Shown here: in pieces, positions 37,586 through 54,240 of the stretch
How positions within the stretch are numbered: the stretch's first letter is position 1
How the letters are laid out: every line of letters starts with the position of its first letter
Assembly (NCBI GenBank): GCA_964016885.1
Contig: OZ024740.1
Span: forward strand, 340,876,001 to 340,940,000
Direction of reading: 5' to 3'
Source: Eledone cirrhosa
Taxonomy: Eukaryota
DNA: 64,000 bases
Translations under genes and position numbers: made by a program
Notes under the pieces: generated by a model
What the model was told of the DNA's origin: nothing
Database searches by the model: none
Seen by the model: the letters and a program-made list of their open reading frames with translations, nothing else

Positions 37586-38878
37586 TCATAGTGTTTCAGC
37601 ACAGTGCTTTTACATGAATTGCATATTCAGTGTTAAAAATTGTGTACTAGTACTGACATCTGTTTCCAATTGGTGTAATATGCAGAGTGATTATATTAAG
37701 AAGATTCTAATATACATTGTGTCTGATGGCCAAAACAATATTGCAGTCAAGTTGATTGTAACCAATTAAGACTCGGAAATGGTTATTCAGGAAACGTGTC
37801 ATGTTTGATTACAAATAAAATATGTTTAACTTCACTGTCTTTATTAATATATATATGTATGGTTGGACACTCTGTATAGTTGAAGTGGTTGGTGATAGGA
37901 AGGGTATCCAGCCATAGAAAACCTGCGAAAGAAGGGTTCAGGAGGACTCATCAGGTGTGTCAAAAGACATGAAAACTTTCCTAGTGAGTGACCATATAAA
38001 AGAGAGTTGCAGACCACCAGCCCAACTGAGCACTCTAGAGTGGAGAAACGAGACATGCACACTCTTAGCCCACTGTGAGCCCCAACCCGATCTGCTGACA
38101 ACCCATCCAACCCTTGCTAGCTAAGACAGTGAACGTTAAACAATGATGATGATATATATATACTGGTATACATAAACTATACATAGATCATTTCTTTTAT
38201 ATCAATAATTACGTGAAAGCTACTTACTATAAAATTTTCACCCAGTGGCTGCTGCTCAGCCATTAAGTGAAACTGCCAATAACTGATAAGATATATGATA
38301 TATATATATCTCCACACCACATTTCACCCACATCCCTACTACCAACACTTCACCAGATAAGTGCCCAGATCTATCCCTCCAATCCCCCACAACCCACCCC
38401 ATACTGTAAAGTGGTTGTTTTGGTGCCACAACAAATATGCCCAGTTCACACTGTAAAGCAGTCATGTTAGTGACATGACAAAAAGCACCCAGTACACACT
38501 GTAAATGTGGTTGGCATAAGGAAGGCCATCCAGCATAGAAACCAAAACAAAATTAGTTCTGTATGAGCAAGACACGGTCATCTGATCAGACATTTCTCAC
38601 AATTCGTCTAACTCATGCTTTCTTGGAAAAATGGACATTAAACAGTGATAAGTATATCATCATCATCGATTAAGATCTATCTTCTATGCTTGCATGATTA
38701 GACGGGTCCCGTTTAGAGGCAAGTTGGGTCGGGTGGCCATGTCTCCCTCATATAGGGATGTTTCTGGCTGGTTTTTTCTGGCTGGATGTCTTTACTAACG
38801 CCAACCACATTGACAGTGTGAGCTGGGTGCTTTTTGTTGTATATATATATATATATACACATATACATCCATACACAT

Positions 38879-38929
<51 letters not shown>

Positions 38930-38940
38930 TCCATACACAT

Positions 38941-38979
<39 letters not shown>

Positions 38980-39540
38980 TTTTAATAGACAGTTTTAGTT
39001 GGGTTTTATGGGACTAGTAGTTTCATAGATTCTGCTGACAAAGATACACATCCTCCATATATGTGTGTGTATCATCATCATCATCACCGTTTTACGTCCG
39101 TTCTTCCAGGCTAGCATGAGTTAGACAGGTTGTCCTGTTGTGGGCAGTGTCCAGTCGGCTAACCTTGTCTTGCTCATACGGGAACTGATTCTGGCTTAAT
39201 TTCTACAGCTGGATGCCCTTCCTAACACCAACCTCATTTACAGTGAGTCCTGGGTGCTTTTTTTTTGTGACACCTCCACGACCACTTTGCAGTGGAATAA
39301 TAGGGACCCCAGTCCTATCATCTCATTTCTACAGCTGAGTAAACTGGAGCAATGTAAAATAAAGTCTCTTGCTCAAGGAAACAACACATCACCCGGTCCG
39401 AGAATTAAACTCACAACCTTTCGATTGCAAGCCCAATGCTCTAACCACTAAGCCATGTGCCCTCGCACATGCATATATATGTATATATATATATATATAT
39501 GCATATGCGAGAGAAGGAGCAGGAAAAGATATGCATGTAT

Positions 39541-39571
<31 letters not shown>

Positions 39572-39724
39572 CACATACATACATGCATATCTTTTCCTGC
39601 TCCTTCTCGCTTTTGTTTTTGTTTCTTAATTATAAAGGATATTAGATACTTTTTCCAGATTGTCATCACTTACCAGTTGTACACAGCCATTTAAATTAAT
39701 TAAATCAATAAATATAAAGGTGCA

Positions 39725-39885
39725 GGCAAGGGTGTGTGATTAAGAGTGTCAGTTTTTGCAACGACCTACCTGATTCTGGGTTCAGTCCTACTGTACAGCA
39801 CTTTGTACAAGTGCTTACTATAGATAGGTTGACCAATACCTTGTGAGGGGAATTTAGTAGATGGAAACTACAGAAGCTCATTATA
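39725..39885 (+). mobile_element. Third tRNA-SINE family; copies at ~5015-5135, 6785-6930, 18000-18125 and 26020-26160 (-)
   Basis: GGTTCAGTCC B-box-like motif and CCTTGTGAG..TAGATGGAAACT..GAAGC tail. Confidence 0.6.
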
Positions 39886-40326
39886 ATATGTGTATGAATG
39901 TGTGTATACTTGCATATGTATGTGTCTATCTATGTCCACATTTGAGTTTGTGTCTGTGTTTATGACTTGTAACTTAGCTGTTTAACAAAAATGAAATTGC
40001 TAAAATAAGTACTGGGGCCGATATGATCAACTAAATAATTGTTTCTACTTTCGGCACAAGGCCATCAATTACCCAGTACATTACTGGTACTTTATTTTAT
40101 CGACCCCGTAAGGATGAAAAGCAAAGTTAACCTCGGCGGGATTTGAACTCAGAATGGCAAAGGCCGTAACTCTATGCTGGAAAGCATGGCGTCCGATCCT
40201 CTACCGATACTGCCAATCCAACGCCCTTGATTAACTAAATAATAGCAGTACACAGGCATGGCCACAGTCAAATGACTAAAAATAATATATATATATATAA
40301 ATATGTATATATTCACACACACACAC

Positions 40327-40379
<53 letters not shown>

Positions 40380-40388
40380 CACACACAC

Positions 40389-40450
<62 letters not shown>

Positions 40451-40810
40451 GGAGAAAGTAATGTTCTACTCATGTATATTTATGGTATATATATGTTCCT
40501 AAAACAGTATCTGAAGTAGAAATCACATATAATGTGTAGTCAAATGGTTATATTTTATATTAGATATGAAAATTACTTATGTCTTGGCTTAACAGAAGCT
40601 TGGCTGATTGTGACAGTCTACTGAGCTTGCATTAAAGTGAAACCTATAATTACCACATTTAATATGTGAAATATATAATATATAATATATAGAAAGCATA
40701 TACTTATATGCTTTCTATTTATTTTGATATATGTAATAAATATATATATAATTTGCAAGTGTGAAAAATGGACATAAAATGACGATGATGATATGATATA
40801 TATACATATG

Positions 40811-40856
<46 letters not shown>

Positions 40857-40884
40857 AATGGTGACATTTACATCATCAAAATAT

Positions 40885-40948
40885 GTTTTATTATATATAT
40901 TTTGGAGGTACTGTGGTGTTTTTTCAGTACGTCCTCGTCAGATAAAAT
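40885..40948 (-). ncRNA. Minimal hammerhead motif, same family as 43960-44018, G12A (probably inactive)
   Basis: Minus: UUUUAU CUGACGA GGAcGUACUG-loop-CAGUACcUCC AAAA U auau A UA AUAAAA. CGAAA to CAAAA fits CpG decay. Confidence 0.65.
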
Positions 40949-41480
40949 ATATGAATTGATGTATGACATATCTTAACTGTGTTGATCAACCATCAACACA
41001 GTTGAGGTATGTCATATATAACCAAATATGTTTTATTATATATATACATACATAACCAAATATGTTTTATTATATATTATATATATTATTATATATATAT
41101 TATTATATATATAATTATATATATATAATTATATATATATAATTATTTATATATAATTATATATATATATAATTATATATATATAATTATATATATATAA
41201 TTATATATATATAATTATATATATATAATTATATATATATAATTATATATATATAATTATATATATATATATATTATTATATATATATTATTATATATAT
41301 ACATACATAACCAAATATGTTTTATTATATATATACATATATATATTATCTTGACTCTGTATTCCGTTTATCTTTCACCGAAAGTGATTTTTCATTGCAT
41401 CTCTTCTTTCCATGATATCCGGATTACATTGAGTTCTTCATACGGATTGGACACTACCGTAAACTCTTGGTAGATTTATC

Positions 41481-41527
<47 letters not shown>

Positions 41528-41697
41528 AAACATATATTTTGATTATGTATGTGTGTGAATATATATATGTATGTATATATATATATATATATATATAAGC
41601 AAAAGGGATATTTAATTTGTTGGTAATTCAACAAATATATATATATTTATAACTGATTCGAAGCACTCGACAGATTTTCTGGATCAATATATCAATA

Positions 41698-41752
41698 TTT
41701 ATCTGATGAGAGCATACCATAGTTTTGGTACCCTTGAAATATATATAATAGA
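41698..41752 (+). ncRNA. Minimal hammerhead motif
   Basis: UUUAU CUGAUGA GAGcaUACCA-loop-UGGUAccCUU GAAA U auau A UA AUAGA, followed by AATAAA. Confidence 0.6.
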
Positions 41753-41796
41753 ATAAATATGATTTTATAAATATAGTTTCCATTTATTAATATCAT

Positions 41797-41882
<86 letters not shown>

Positions 41883-41952
41883 AGAGAGAGAGAGGGGGGG
41901 GGATTGATCAATGAAAACAAAAAAGATGAGGTTCAGTGCTTAATTAATCCAA

Positions 41953-42063
41953 TGTTTTACGATCGTTTCAAAGAGTGAAATGAACCATGATAATATTGAT
42001 ATATTAACGAATCAATAGATTATGTAACTTCATAGTATTAACTTCACTGTTTCTCAGAAAACA
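41953..42063 (-). ncRNA. Degenerate hammerhead-like motif with long stem II; related copy at 28431-28575 (+)
   Basis: Minus: UGUUUU CUGAGAA acAGUGAA...UUCACUcuuu GAAA C gauc G UA AAACA. The core is damaged. The stretch CATGGTTCATTTCACTCTTTGAAACGATCGTAAAAC is shared with the copy near 28490. Confidence 0.45.
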
Positions 42064-42340
42064 ATTATATATATTAGCATCATCATCATCACCACTGAAT
42101 AACATCTATGCGCTCGATGCGTTGTCATACTTCAAGGCTGGACAAGTTAGGTAACCACATATTACTCATACGTTTCATTTTTGCTTCTATGATGGCTTTG
42201 ATGCCCTACCTAACGTATATTATATTTCAATCTGTTTCTCTCTCTATCTCTCTGTCTATACACACATATATATATATATTATAAAGTGAAATTACAGGTG
42301 GCCAAATATGTTGAATTTCCTTGATTATTTATTTCTGCAA

Positions 42341-42398
42341 ACACTATGCACATTTCAGTGGCCAGGTTGCGTAAGAACCTGGAGACATCTTCAGGTGC
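42341..42398 (-). ncRNA. Minimal hammerhead motif (Penelope pLTR type)
   Basis: Minus: GCAC CUGAAGA uGUcuCCAGGUU-loop-AACCUGGccACu GAAA U gugc A UA GUGU, then AATAAA. TGAAATGTGCATA looks like CpG-decayed CGAAACGCGCGTA. Confidence 0.6.
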
Positions 42399-42772
42399 AA
42401 ATTGCGTAAAAAATGTATACCAACTCAATGATGGTAAACTTTAAGGAAACAAGCAAAGAAAAAAAGTGTATTTATGTTTTTGACCCAGAGACGAACGAAG
42501 CAGCATGCTGTTATCATGCCTCGCACTTTATAATACATTTACTCCGTTCCCTCACCACCAACATGATTCAACATCAAAGATGAATCAGTTGCATAACGTC
42601 CAGTGCTTTTCTCATATTACGTCATGATTTACATTACAGAATGACCAATTCTACCCAGTGGTAAACCACCAAATTTAAACGCATACACACACACACGTAT
42701 ATATATACTTACCGACAGCATTCGTTAGCTTGCTCGCAACCAGAGCTTCGATTATGCTGTACTACCTTCTTG

Positions 42773-42806
<34 letters not shown>

Positions 42807-42817
42807 TATATAGATAT

Positions 42818-42854
<37 letters not shown>

Positions 42855-42857
42855 TAG

Positions 42858-42896
<39 letters not shown>

Positions 42897-43399
42897 AACA
42901 TGCACATATATCGAATATGGCGATGACGATAGAAGACAACCTTATATGACGCCAATGAATTGCAAAACACTGCTGATTTTATTCTTTTACCACAACTGCT
43001 ACATAAACGTCTCTTCTCAGTTAAAATGCGCTACAGAATCATCACATTGACATTGTGTACAGACATATGTCTCTTAAGGCCACTAATAAAAAGACATTCG
43101 GTCCGTGATTGGCAGATATACGAGTTCGTTCAAATGGTAATGATCTATTATTTGCTTGGTTTAGTTCATGCAACATTGAATGGCTTACACACAATACTGT
43201 AGGCATTCTGATTTTTATAATCAGACGCAGTATCCTTGTGTTTTGTAAGGGTTCACTAAAGAGATTGGTGTCAGGAAGCTCATTCAAGCATAAGAAAAAA
43301 CACAGCCTCGAAACATCCAACCCATGCTAGCAGGGAAAAGTAGAAGTAAAAACTACGAATACACACACATATAGATATATACATATATATACACACACA

Positions 43400-43443
<44 letters not shown>

Positions 43444-43475
43444 TACATATATATATATACACACACACATACATA

Positions 43476-43513
<38 letters not shown>

Positions 43514-43568
43514 CACACACACACATATATATATATACACACACACATATATATACACACACACACAC

Positions 43569-43651
<83 letters not shown>

Positions 43652-43782
43652 AGAATTAAAATACTAGAGTGTGTTGGAGTTAATATATATATATATATAT
43701 ATATAACGAAGGAAATGTGGTAAGGAACCAGGTGGACCATAACGCACCAAAGTACTCAATACTTAGGGTAGTAGAGTGGGTA

Positions 43783-43895
43783 ATAGGAACAAGTAAGACC
43801 CCGACGGCTGAGCTCAAGCCGTTTCGACGGCTAATTGACAGAATTAGCCGTCGAAACGGCTTGAGCTCAGCCGTCGGGGTCTTACTTGTTCCTAT
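43783..43895. repeat. Perfect 54-bp inverted repeat with a 5-nt loop
   Basis: Arms 43783-43836 and 43842-43895, loop GACAG. Confidence 0.95.
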
Positions 43896-43959
43896 ATATA
43901 TATATATATACATATTAATTCAAAATATTAACAAAAATAGACATTCGTGTGATCAAGTA

Positions 43960-44018
43960 TATTTTATTATACATATTTCAGAGCTATCTTCAACAGTACG
44001 TCCTCATCAGATAAAATA
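43960..44018 (-). ncRNA. Minimal Penelope-type type I hammerhead motif
   Basis: Minus: UAUUUUAU CUGAUGA ggacguacuguugaagauagcucu GAAA U augu A UA AUAAAAUA. Perfect 8-bp stem I, intact core, self-complementary UAUGUA stem III, weakened stem II. Confidence 0.7.
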
Positions 44019-44370
44019 AGATGATGCACGACATACCCTGACTTAGTAGATGGTTAAGATTCAGTCATTCACACGAATGTCTATTTTTGTTAATATTTTG
44101 GATTAATATTAATAACTCCGGAAAACCAAACTGTTGAGTGCTTCCAATCTATTGTAAAACTCATTCTTTGATTTATTCATTGAACCTTGTTTAACCTTTA
44201 AATATATATATATACATATATACACATACATAGATATATATATACACACACATACATATATATATATATATACACACACACATACACATACATACATATA
44301 TATATACACACACATACATATGTATATATATACACACACACATGCATATATATATACACACACATACATT

Positions 44371-44402
<32 letters not shown>

Positions 44403-44527
44403 CACACATACATATATATGTATATATACACACACACATACATATACACACACACATACATATACACACACACATACACACACCCACATACATACACACA
44501 CACACACACATACACACACACACACAT

Positions 44528-44619
<92 letters not shown>

Positions 44620-45137
44620 AACAGAAATAACAACACAATCGGTACAGTAAATGGAAGGTATATATTAGGTTAACGCTTGATGTAGCAGGAAGAGAGTCTG
44701 CATCTTCCTGTCTTTTTCCTTGAAAAAGTAGATGTAAAAACAACGAATATATGTGTGTGTGTATGTGTATATATATATATATGAGCACACACATATAGAG
44801 AAAGAGATGGATGAGGAAGAGAGATTACATGTAAACCCAATGGTCAAGCTTAAACGGTTTCGAGGGGGTGGAATAAATGTAATAATATATACACTTTCTT
44901 TTTCATTAATGTACTAACTTGGATAATGGACTTATCTAGTTGTTAAACTAGTAACATCTTATCTATGTAGATAGACAGACAGATATATAGAAAGAGGGAG
45001 ATGTAATATATGTGTGTATGTGTGTGTGTGTGTTCGCGCGTGCACACACATATATACATACACACATACATAGATATCTATGTATATATAAACCCATGTC
45101 AGCATCTAAACAGAAAATGAAGATATATACATATCAT

Positions 45138-45246
<109 letters not shown>

Positions 45247-45254
45247 TACTACAA

Positions 45255-45480
45255 CAACAATAACAAGTATTTTAAGGGATTTTTCCCAGGAAAAGTGGGG
45301 CTTAGCCTTGCGGACCCCATGACAAATTTTTCCCTGTCGTCTGCATCTGCCGTCATCAAACCTCTGTTTCATTTCACCCCTGTCATCTTTAGCCATGTCA
45401 TTCTTGGTCTGCCCCTTCCACTACTTTCTTCCTCATTAATTTCATCCTTACACAACACATGACCCAACTATCTCACTCAA
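45255..45480 (-). mobile_element. Short 3' RTE fragment
   Basis: GHVL remnant, and a 3' end GGGAAAAATCCCTTAAAATACTTG(TTG)n like that of the 24175 element. Confidence 0.65.
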
Positions 45481-45489
45481 TTTCTCTTC

Positions 45490-47705
<2,216 letters not shown>

Positions 47706-48082
47706 GTATATTTTGGCAGAGTTCTTAGAACGTCGGATAGAATCATTTGCGGCATTCGTTTCGGCTCTGCTCTCTGAATTCATATCCCATCGAAGTCAAA
47801 TTCACCTTTCATCTAAACGGGGTCGATAAAAAAAATGCCAGTCTAGTACTGGGGGTCGATTCTTACTCTCAGACACTCACTATCCCTCTATTCTTCTCTG
47901 GAAGAAATCTGCTGTATTCGGAGAAGATGGGCTCCGCCAGGTTTTTAAAATGCCCTAGAAACGCTGTATGTCAATACGACGCCCCAAAGACTCTTTTACT
48001 TACGAGTCCATGCATGCATATATATATATACACATATATTTGGAAAAATAGACGTTAAACGATGTTGATTATACACATATAA

Positions 48083-48117
<35 letters not shown>

Positions 48118-48165
48118 CACACGATATATGTAACCTCAGCATCTTATTTTATTATTTATATATAC

Positions 48166-48206
<41 letters not shown>

Positions 48207-48342
48207 CATATATATATATATACACACATACATATATATATATATACACACATAGATATATATATATATACATATGTATATATATGTATGCGTGTGTGTA
48301 TATATATATATATATATACACACTCACACATATATATACACT

Positions 48343-48376
<34 letters not shown>

Positions 48377-49158
48377 CCCAGGCACACACACATATATACA
48401 TATACATACATGCATATACACTCACATATACTTAGTGAGTACGTAATAGTGAATGAGTTCCATGTATGCTTTATTAGAATAGATTCAACAAGTGACGTTT
48501 TATGTTAACTTAGACCACTGGCTGTATTAGATGATATAGAACGTAGAAATGCATTGCTGAGAGGAAAAGTAGCAGACAGCGATACCATAATGAATAAATG
48601 TCCAAATGTCAGATATTATTTCCCCATGGATGTTTCCTTATCTTCACTGTAGTAGTCTAGGCTTGGCAAGTGTAGAGAGACTAGCCACCACCTACACAGA
48701 ATTACGATTGCTGGTAAATTATTAACCTGACTGAGATTAAGAAGATGAAGATGAGAACGATGAGAATGATAATGGTGAGGGAGAGGAGGAGGATTGCAAT
48801 CATCTAAATATTTAGTCCTCTTTAATTTAATTGTTTCAATGTGCTTTGAAGCGGAAAATCAGGATCAATAGACAAAAATAAGCATTAAAAAGATAATTCC
48901 CTCGAAAATAGATTAACTTTAGACATACACACTAACACACACATTCACGTATAATTCATACACACACACACATATATGTCTCTCTATCTCTCTCTCTCTA
49001 TATATATATATATTAAATGTATATGATATATATATATTATATATTGGAGCTGCTACTAATCCAGTGTCAGTAGTAAGAGAGGTGCTGCCGTACACTCCAC
49101 CCTTCCCCCTCCCTCTTTCCTCCTACACCTAATCATCTACTCTACCTCACCCTCCCTC

Positions 49159-49226
<68 letters not shown>

Positions 49227-49448
49227 CACACATACAACATTGATGGTTATCACTGAAGAAGATTAACGGAGCTAAACTCCGGAAGCAAGAGTAAAAGAGA
49301 AAATGGTATTAACTAACAACAACGGTTTATATATGTGCGCGTGCGTGTGTGAGAGTATGTATATTAAATTATGTATGCGTGTATATTTTTGAATACAGAC
49401 TGCGTAATCTTTCGTAACAGAAAGATTGAAGTGAAGAACTATGGAAGA

Positions 49449-49495
<47 letters not shown>

Positions 49496-49727
49496 ACCGG
49501 AACTTTATAAGGAAGGAAAGGCTGTAGAATGTAAGGAGGATTGTCAGAGATGTTGCCGTTATGGCAAACATCTGGTAAGGAATGATGATTCCGACAGCAG
49601 GGTCAACTAGATCAAAGCTGCACTACATAATTAATGTAATGCCATCACACCATAGAGCTTTAATGAGTAGTTAGATGACAGGAAATAATGGAGATGATAA
49701 TAAAAATAATAATAAAAGTGATCTTAC

Positions 49728-49770
49728 TTCATTTGTTTAACTATTGTGCTTTTCCCTGATTCTCCGGCTC
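49728..49770 (-). CDS. GNAO1: G protein alpha-o subunit, coding exon 2 (P-loop); not in the ORF track
   Basis: Minus strand reads ...ctatacag|GAGCCGGAGAATCAGGGAAAAGCACAATAGTTAAACAAATGAA|gtaag = (G)AGESGKSTIVKQM(K). It is 43 nt, in frame with exon 1, with canonical AG/GT boundaries. Confidence 0.97.
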
Positions 49771-50334
<564 letters not shown>

Positions 50335-51354
50335 TCAGAAACGAGGGAGAACAAACCGACAATAAATTGACACCTTCAATTCACGGTTTAGACACAATTT
50401 CCTTACTGTTTTTTTTTTCTTTTTGTTATGGTTTTACAGATTTTTTTCCTTTTTTTCTTTTTTTTTTTACCTATGTATATATTACATTTGCAGAACCTGT
50501 GTGGTATATTTCCGTATAATTTAGTCCTGCATATGAAAAAAACAACAGCTCCTATTTAAGAGAGTCGGGGAGACTAGAAAAAAAGGGGTCGATAGCGATG
50601 TCGGGCCAGGCTGTGCTGCTAGCTAATGGCTCAGCGAGATTTTCCAATACATCCAATCATCTAGGGTTCTCTTCACATCGAGGCCACCGATCTCCCCCTC
50701 TCTTTCTCTATCTCTCTCTTTCTCGCCACTCAAACAACACTCACTCACTCTTTCTCTCTCAGCAAAGGCACCCAGCTTACGGACAGCACCAAACACTTCT
50801 GTCTCAAACACAATCCGGAAGGTTACAGGAAAAAATCTGGGGTTGACAGAGGAAGCTGGGTCACCCTGTCGTTAGCGTAGAATTCACAACGCACACTGTT
50901 TTACTCTCTCTACCACTCCTTCTGTGACTATGTATATTTCTATACCTCTCTCTCTAACGGCTTTCCGAACTCTCACTCTACTTCTATTTCCTCTCACAAT
51001 TTCTGTCTATCTCACTCAGTTTTCCGAACTATCTCCTACTCTTTCCCGATTGTACCTCTTACTTTCACTCATCCCCCCCGCTGTATGTTTCTCTTTCTTT
51101 CTCTCCCTCTCTCTATCTTTAATTGTCAAGCTACACTCAAATTTGGCCCTAACTCAACACCCCACTCCCTGTCTACTGCACCACTTGCATTTACTCCGAC
51201 ACTTTCTCTTTCGATTTACTTGTTTCTTTCACACATATTCTTTCACCACATCGTTCTCTTCCATTTTCTTACTATCCATGTCGTTTTATCTGTCTCTTAT
51301 ACGCTTCTATGTCTTATTCTGTCACATCATATATATATATATTATATATATATG

Positions 51355-51389
<35 letters not shown>

Positions 51390-52555
51390 CTATATCTTGT
51401 CTTTCTCCCTTCGTTAGTTTATTCTATATATCGTCTCACTCTCTTAGCCGAATGTGACGTGTGCTATAACACTACCTATGTCGCACGCGCACACATAAAC
51501 GCTATTATTCTATCTTTCTTTTCATACACAAGCATACAAGCTGTTACACTTCACCTACCTCACACGAATATATATATAATCCACCTCCCCCACTCTACAC
51601 ATTTATATACGTTCTCTAATACAGACACATACATACATTACGTCTCTCACTCAACACAAACACGTATGTTTACACCTCACGTTCTCCCCCTCTCACGTAT
51701 GCTGTTATTTTCTCTATTAAACATTCACACACTATCTCTTCTTTTCCTCTCCTCTTTATAATTACCAGTCTTTTTAGCATCTTTCTCTACATTTTTATTT
51801 CATTCACTTCTCTTTCTCTTTCTATATATCTATCTCGTTCCCTCTTGAATTCCTACTTATTTCCTTCTCTTTATTCTATCAGTATACTTCACTTTCTCCA
51901 ACTTCTTCCTCTAATTTTGTCTCTCTTTTTCTTATTCTATATCTTTCTCTTTTAATGTTTCTCTCGTATACTTCCTTACCTCTTCCCACTTGATATTCAT
52001 CACCATTTTTTTCTGTCTATCCCTCTCCATCAATCTTCTGTTTATCTATATCTTTGTCTCTCTCCCTCCCTTTTAAACCAAGGATGGGGAAATGTCGTTA
52101 GCCACGCTGAAAGGATAAACGATTGATAAAACGTTCTCAACTCTTGCTGATCTAACCGTTAGTAAGAAATGGCACAGATACACTCTCAGGTAGACAGACA
52201 CGCGCTAACACGGAGGAGATATATATAGGTATATAGATAACTGTTTCTACTTTAGGCACAAGGCCAGCAATTACTCAGTACATTACTGGTACTTTATTTT
52301 ATCGACCCCGTAAGGATCGATAAAATAAAGTACCAGTAATGCACTGGGTATATAGGTATATAGATAACGAGAGAGAGAGAGATATATACAGGAAAAGATA
52401 GATGGTGAACCGTAATAAGATAGAAAAGACGGAGATAAAAGCAAAGAAAATTAATCTATGTTTCACACACACAAATATACATATATAATAAATTTATATA
52501 TAATAATAAACAAGAAAACGAAAGAAAGGGGTGGTGGTGTACAGAGAAAAAGAAA

Positions 52556-52690
52556 CCTCTGCCACCGAATTCCAGTCGATTGCTGCTGTTGCTGCTGCCA
52601 CATTTGATCGAACTGAATTGGTAGCGAAGTGAAAATCACAGTGTTGCGGGGCCGCTACGTGACGTCAATAGAGGCACGGGGTCTAGATAT
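52556..52690 (-). promoter_or_regulatory. Candidate promoter or non-coding first exon with palindromic CRE (TGACGTCA 52660-52667)
   Basis: Local CpG/GC-rich patch in AT-rich DNA about 2.4 kb upstream of the ATG, with a perfect CRE, a (CAG)n-like tract and a weak donor GAG|GTTTCT at 52556. Confidence 0.4.
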
Positions 52691-52983
52691 ATTAGCATCC
52701 AGCAGGAGATACAATTAAAAAATTATGAAAATGATGTCTCCCACCATCACCCTTATCTTTCTATTTCTCTTTCTCGCTCTTTCTCTCACCCCCTCTCATG
52801 CACACATTAATACCCGCCCTTCCTTCTTTCTTCATCAACCATTCTTTCATTTTTCCCGATTATCTTCAATTTATCCACCTTGTAGTAGATTTATGCATGT
52901 GTTTCGGCAAACCTTGGAAATAAATAAATGAGTTTTTTTTTTTTTGTCTAGGAATTTACACACACACATTTACGTACACTTGT

Positions 52984-53024
<41 letters not shown>

Positions 53025-53534
53025 CGGTATTTATGCTCAATATTCCGATCACTCGTTCTCTATCTCTTAGCCTCTATGCCATGACTACTAGTGTAAAGTA
53101 ACATCATTTCGTTGGTGATTTGTTTTCCTATGTCCATTTCCCACTCCCACCCCATTCCAATCTGCGCCATATTTCACTTCGGAATCGCACTTGGAATTTA
53201 TTCCTCAACACATTCTAATTTTCCTAACGAAAACTCTAAACATCAGATCAGTTCGGTGTGAAAGTAGCGCATTACGGTATTTTGCTTCTACCTTGTTTCT
53301 GTGGGTTGGATAGGTAGATAGGTAGAATGATAGCTTGATTGATTGATTGGTTCATTGATTTATTGGTAGATAGGCATGTATGGGTGAATAGATAGATATG
53401 TTTCTTTATTAGCCATAGGGGCACACATATATATATATATAGAGAGAGAGAGGGGGGGGGGGTAGGTAGATAGATATGTATGGTGGACAGACATAGATTC
53501 TGGGGGAAGCAGGTAGTTTTAAGAGAGTAATGAT

Positions 53535-54240
53535 ATATGTAGTCTTCGATAGAGTAGAACTAGTCTCTGGTAGATAAGGCAGTAGACAATATAAGTAGTG
53601 CGGGTTGTAGTAGTCTCCTATAGAATACTAGAAGTGCACGTTGTAATGTAGTCTCCTATAGATTAACAGTAGTGTAGGTTAGAATCTCCTATAGTGTAAT
53701 ATTGGTGCAGCTTGCTGTTGTTTTTTTAACCCTGATTGAGTAGACATATGATCAAAAACATTCCAGCCATGACCATCTCTTACGACTATGTTGTCCAATG
53801 TTCTTATACTTTTTTTTAAATATGGTCAGGTATGATTCGAGGGAATTTGAATGCTATTCTTAGCAGGTTGAAAAAATACATGGGGTCTCCATCAATGGCT
53901 CAGAGTGTTGACTCTAGACCCTTATGTAATGATTTCTAATATAGGCACAAGGTTAGGGGTTTTAGTAGATAAATGTAATTGATTTATCAGTACATATTTT
54001 ATCAACCCCAGAAAGATGAAAGTCAAAGTGAACCACAGCAGAATTGAAATTTAGAACGTAAAGGGATGTAACTAAATACCATAACGAATTTTATCATGTA
54101 CTCTAGCGATTCTGCCAATTCTTCCTTTCTAGAATAATAATACTATATGTTGAAGTCTCCTATAGTGTCATAACTGTAGGTTGTACTCTCATATAGTAAT
54201 GTAACCTGTAGTCTCCTATAGTATATTAGAAGTAACTACA
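53535..54240. repeat. Degenerate minisatellite built on GTAGTCTCCTATAG, interrupted by repeat insertions
   Basis: The motif recurs at ~53610, 53648, 53683, 54153 and 54208. Confidence 0.55.

Noticed and set aside
40962-41016. Pre-miRNA-like hairpin
   Set aside because: The loop is only 5 nt and the arms are homologous to the repeat at ~44025-44055, so it is better explained as a PLE inversion.
50924-51761. 177-aa and 150-aa plus-strand ORFs as a divergent gene
   Set aside because: They come from low-complexity CT-rich sequence yielding L/S/F-rich peptides with no recognisable domain.
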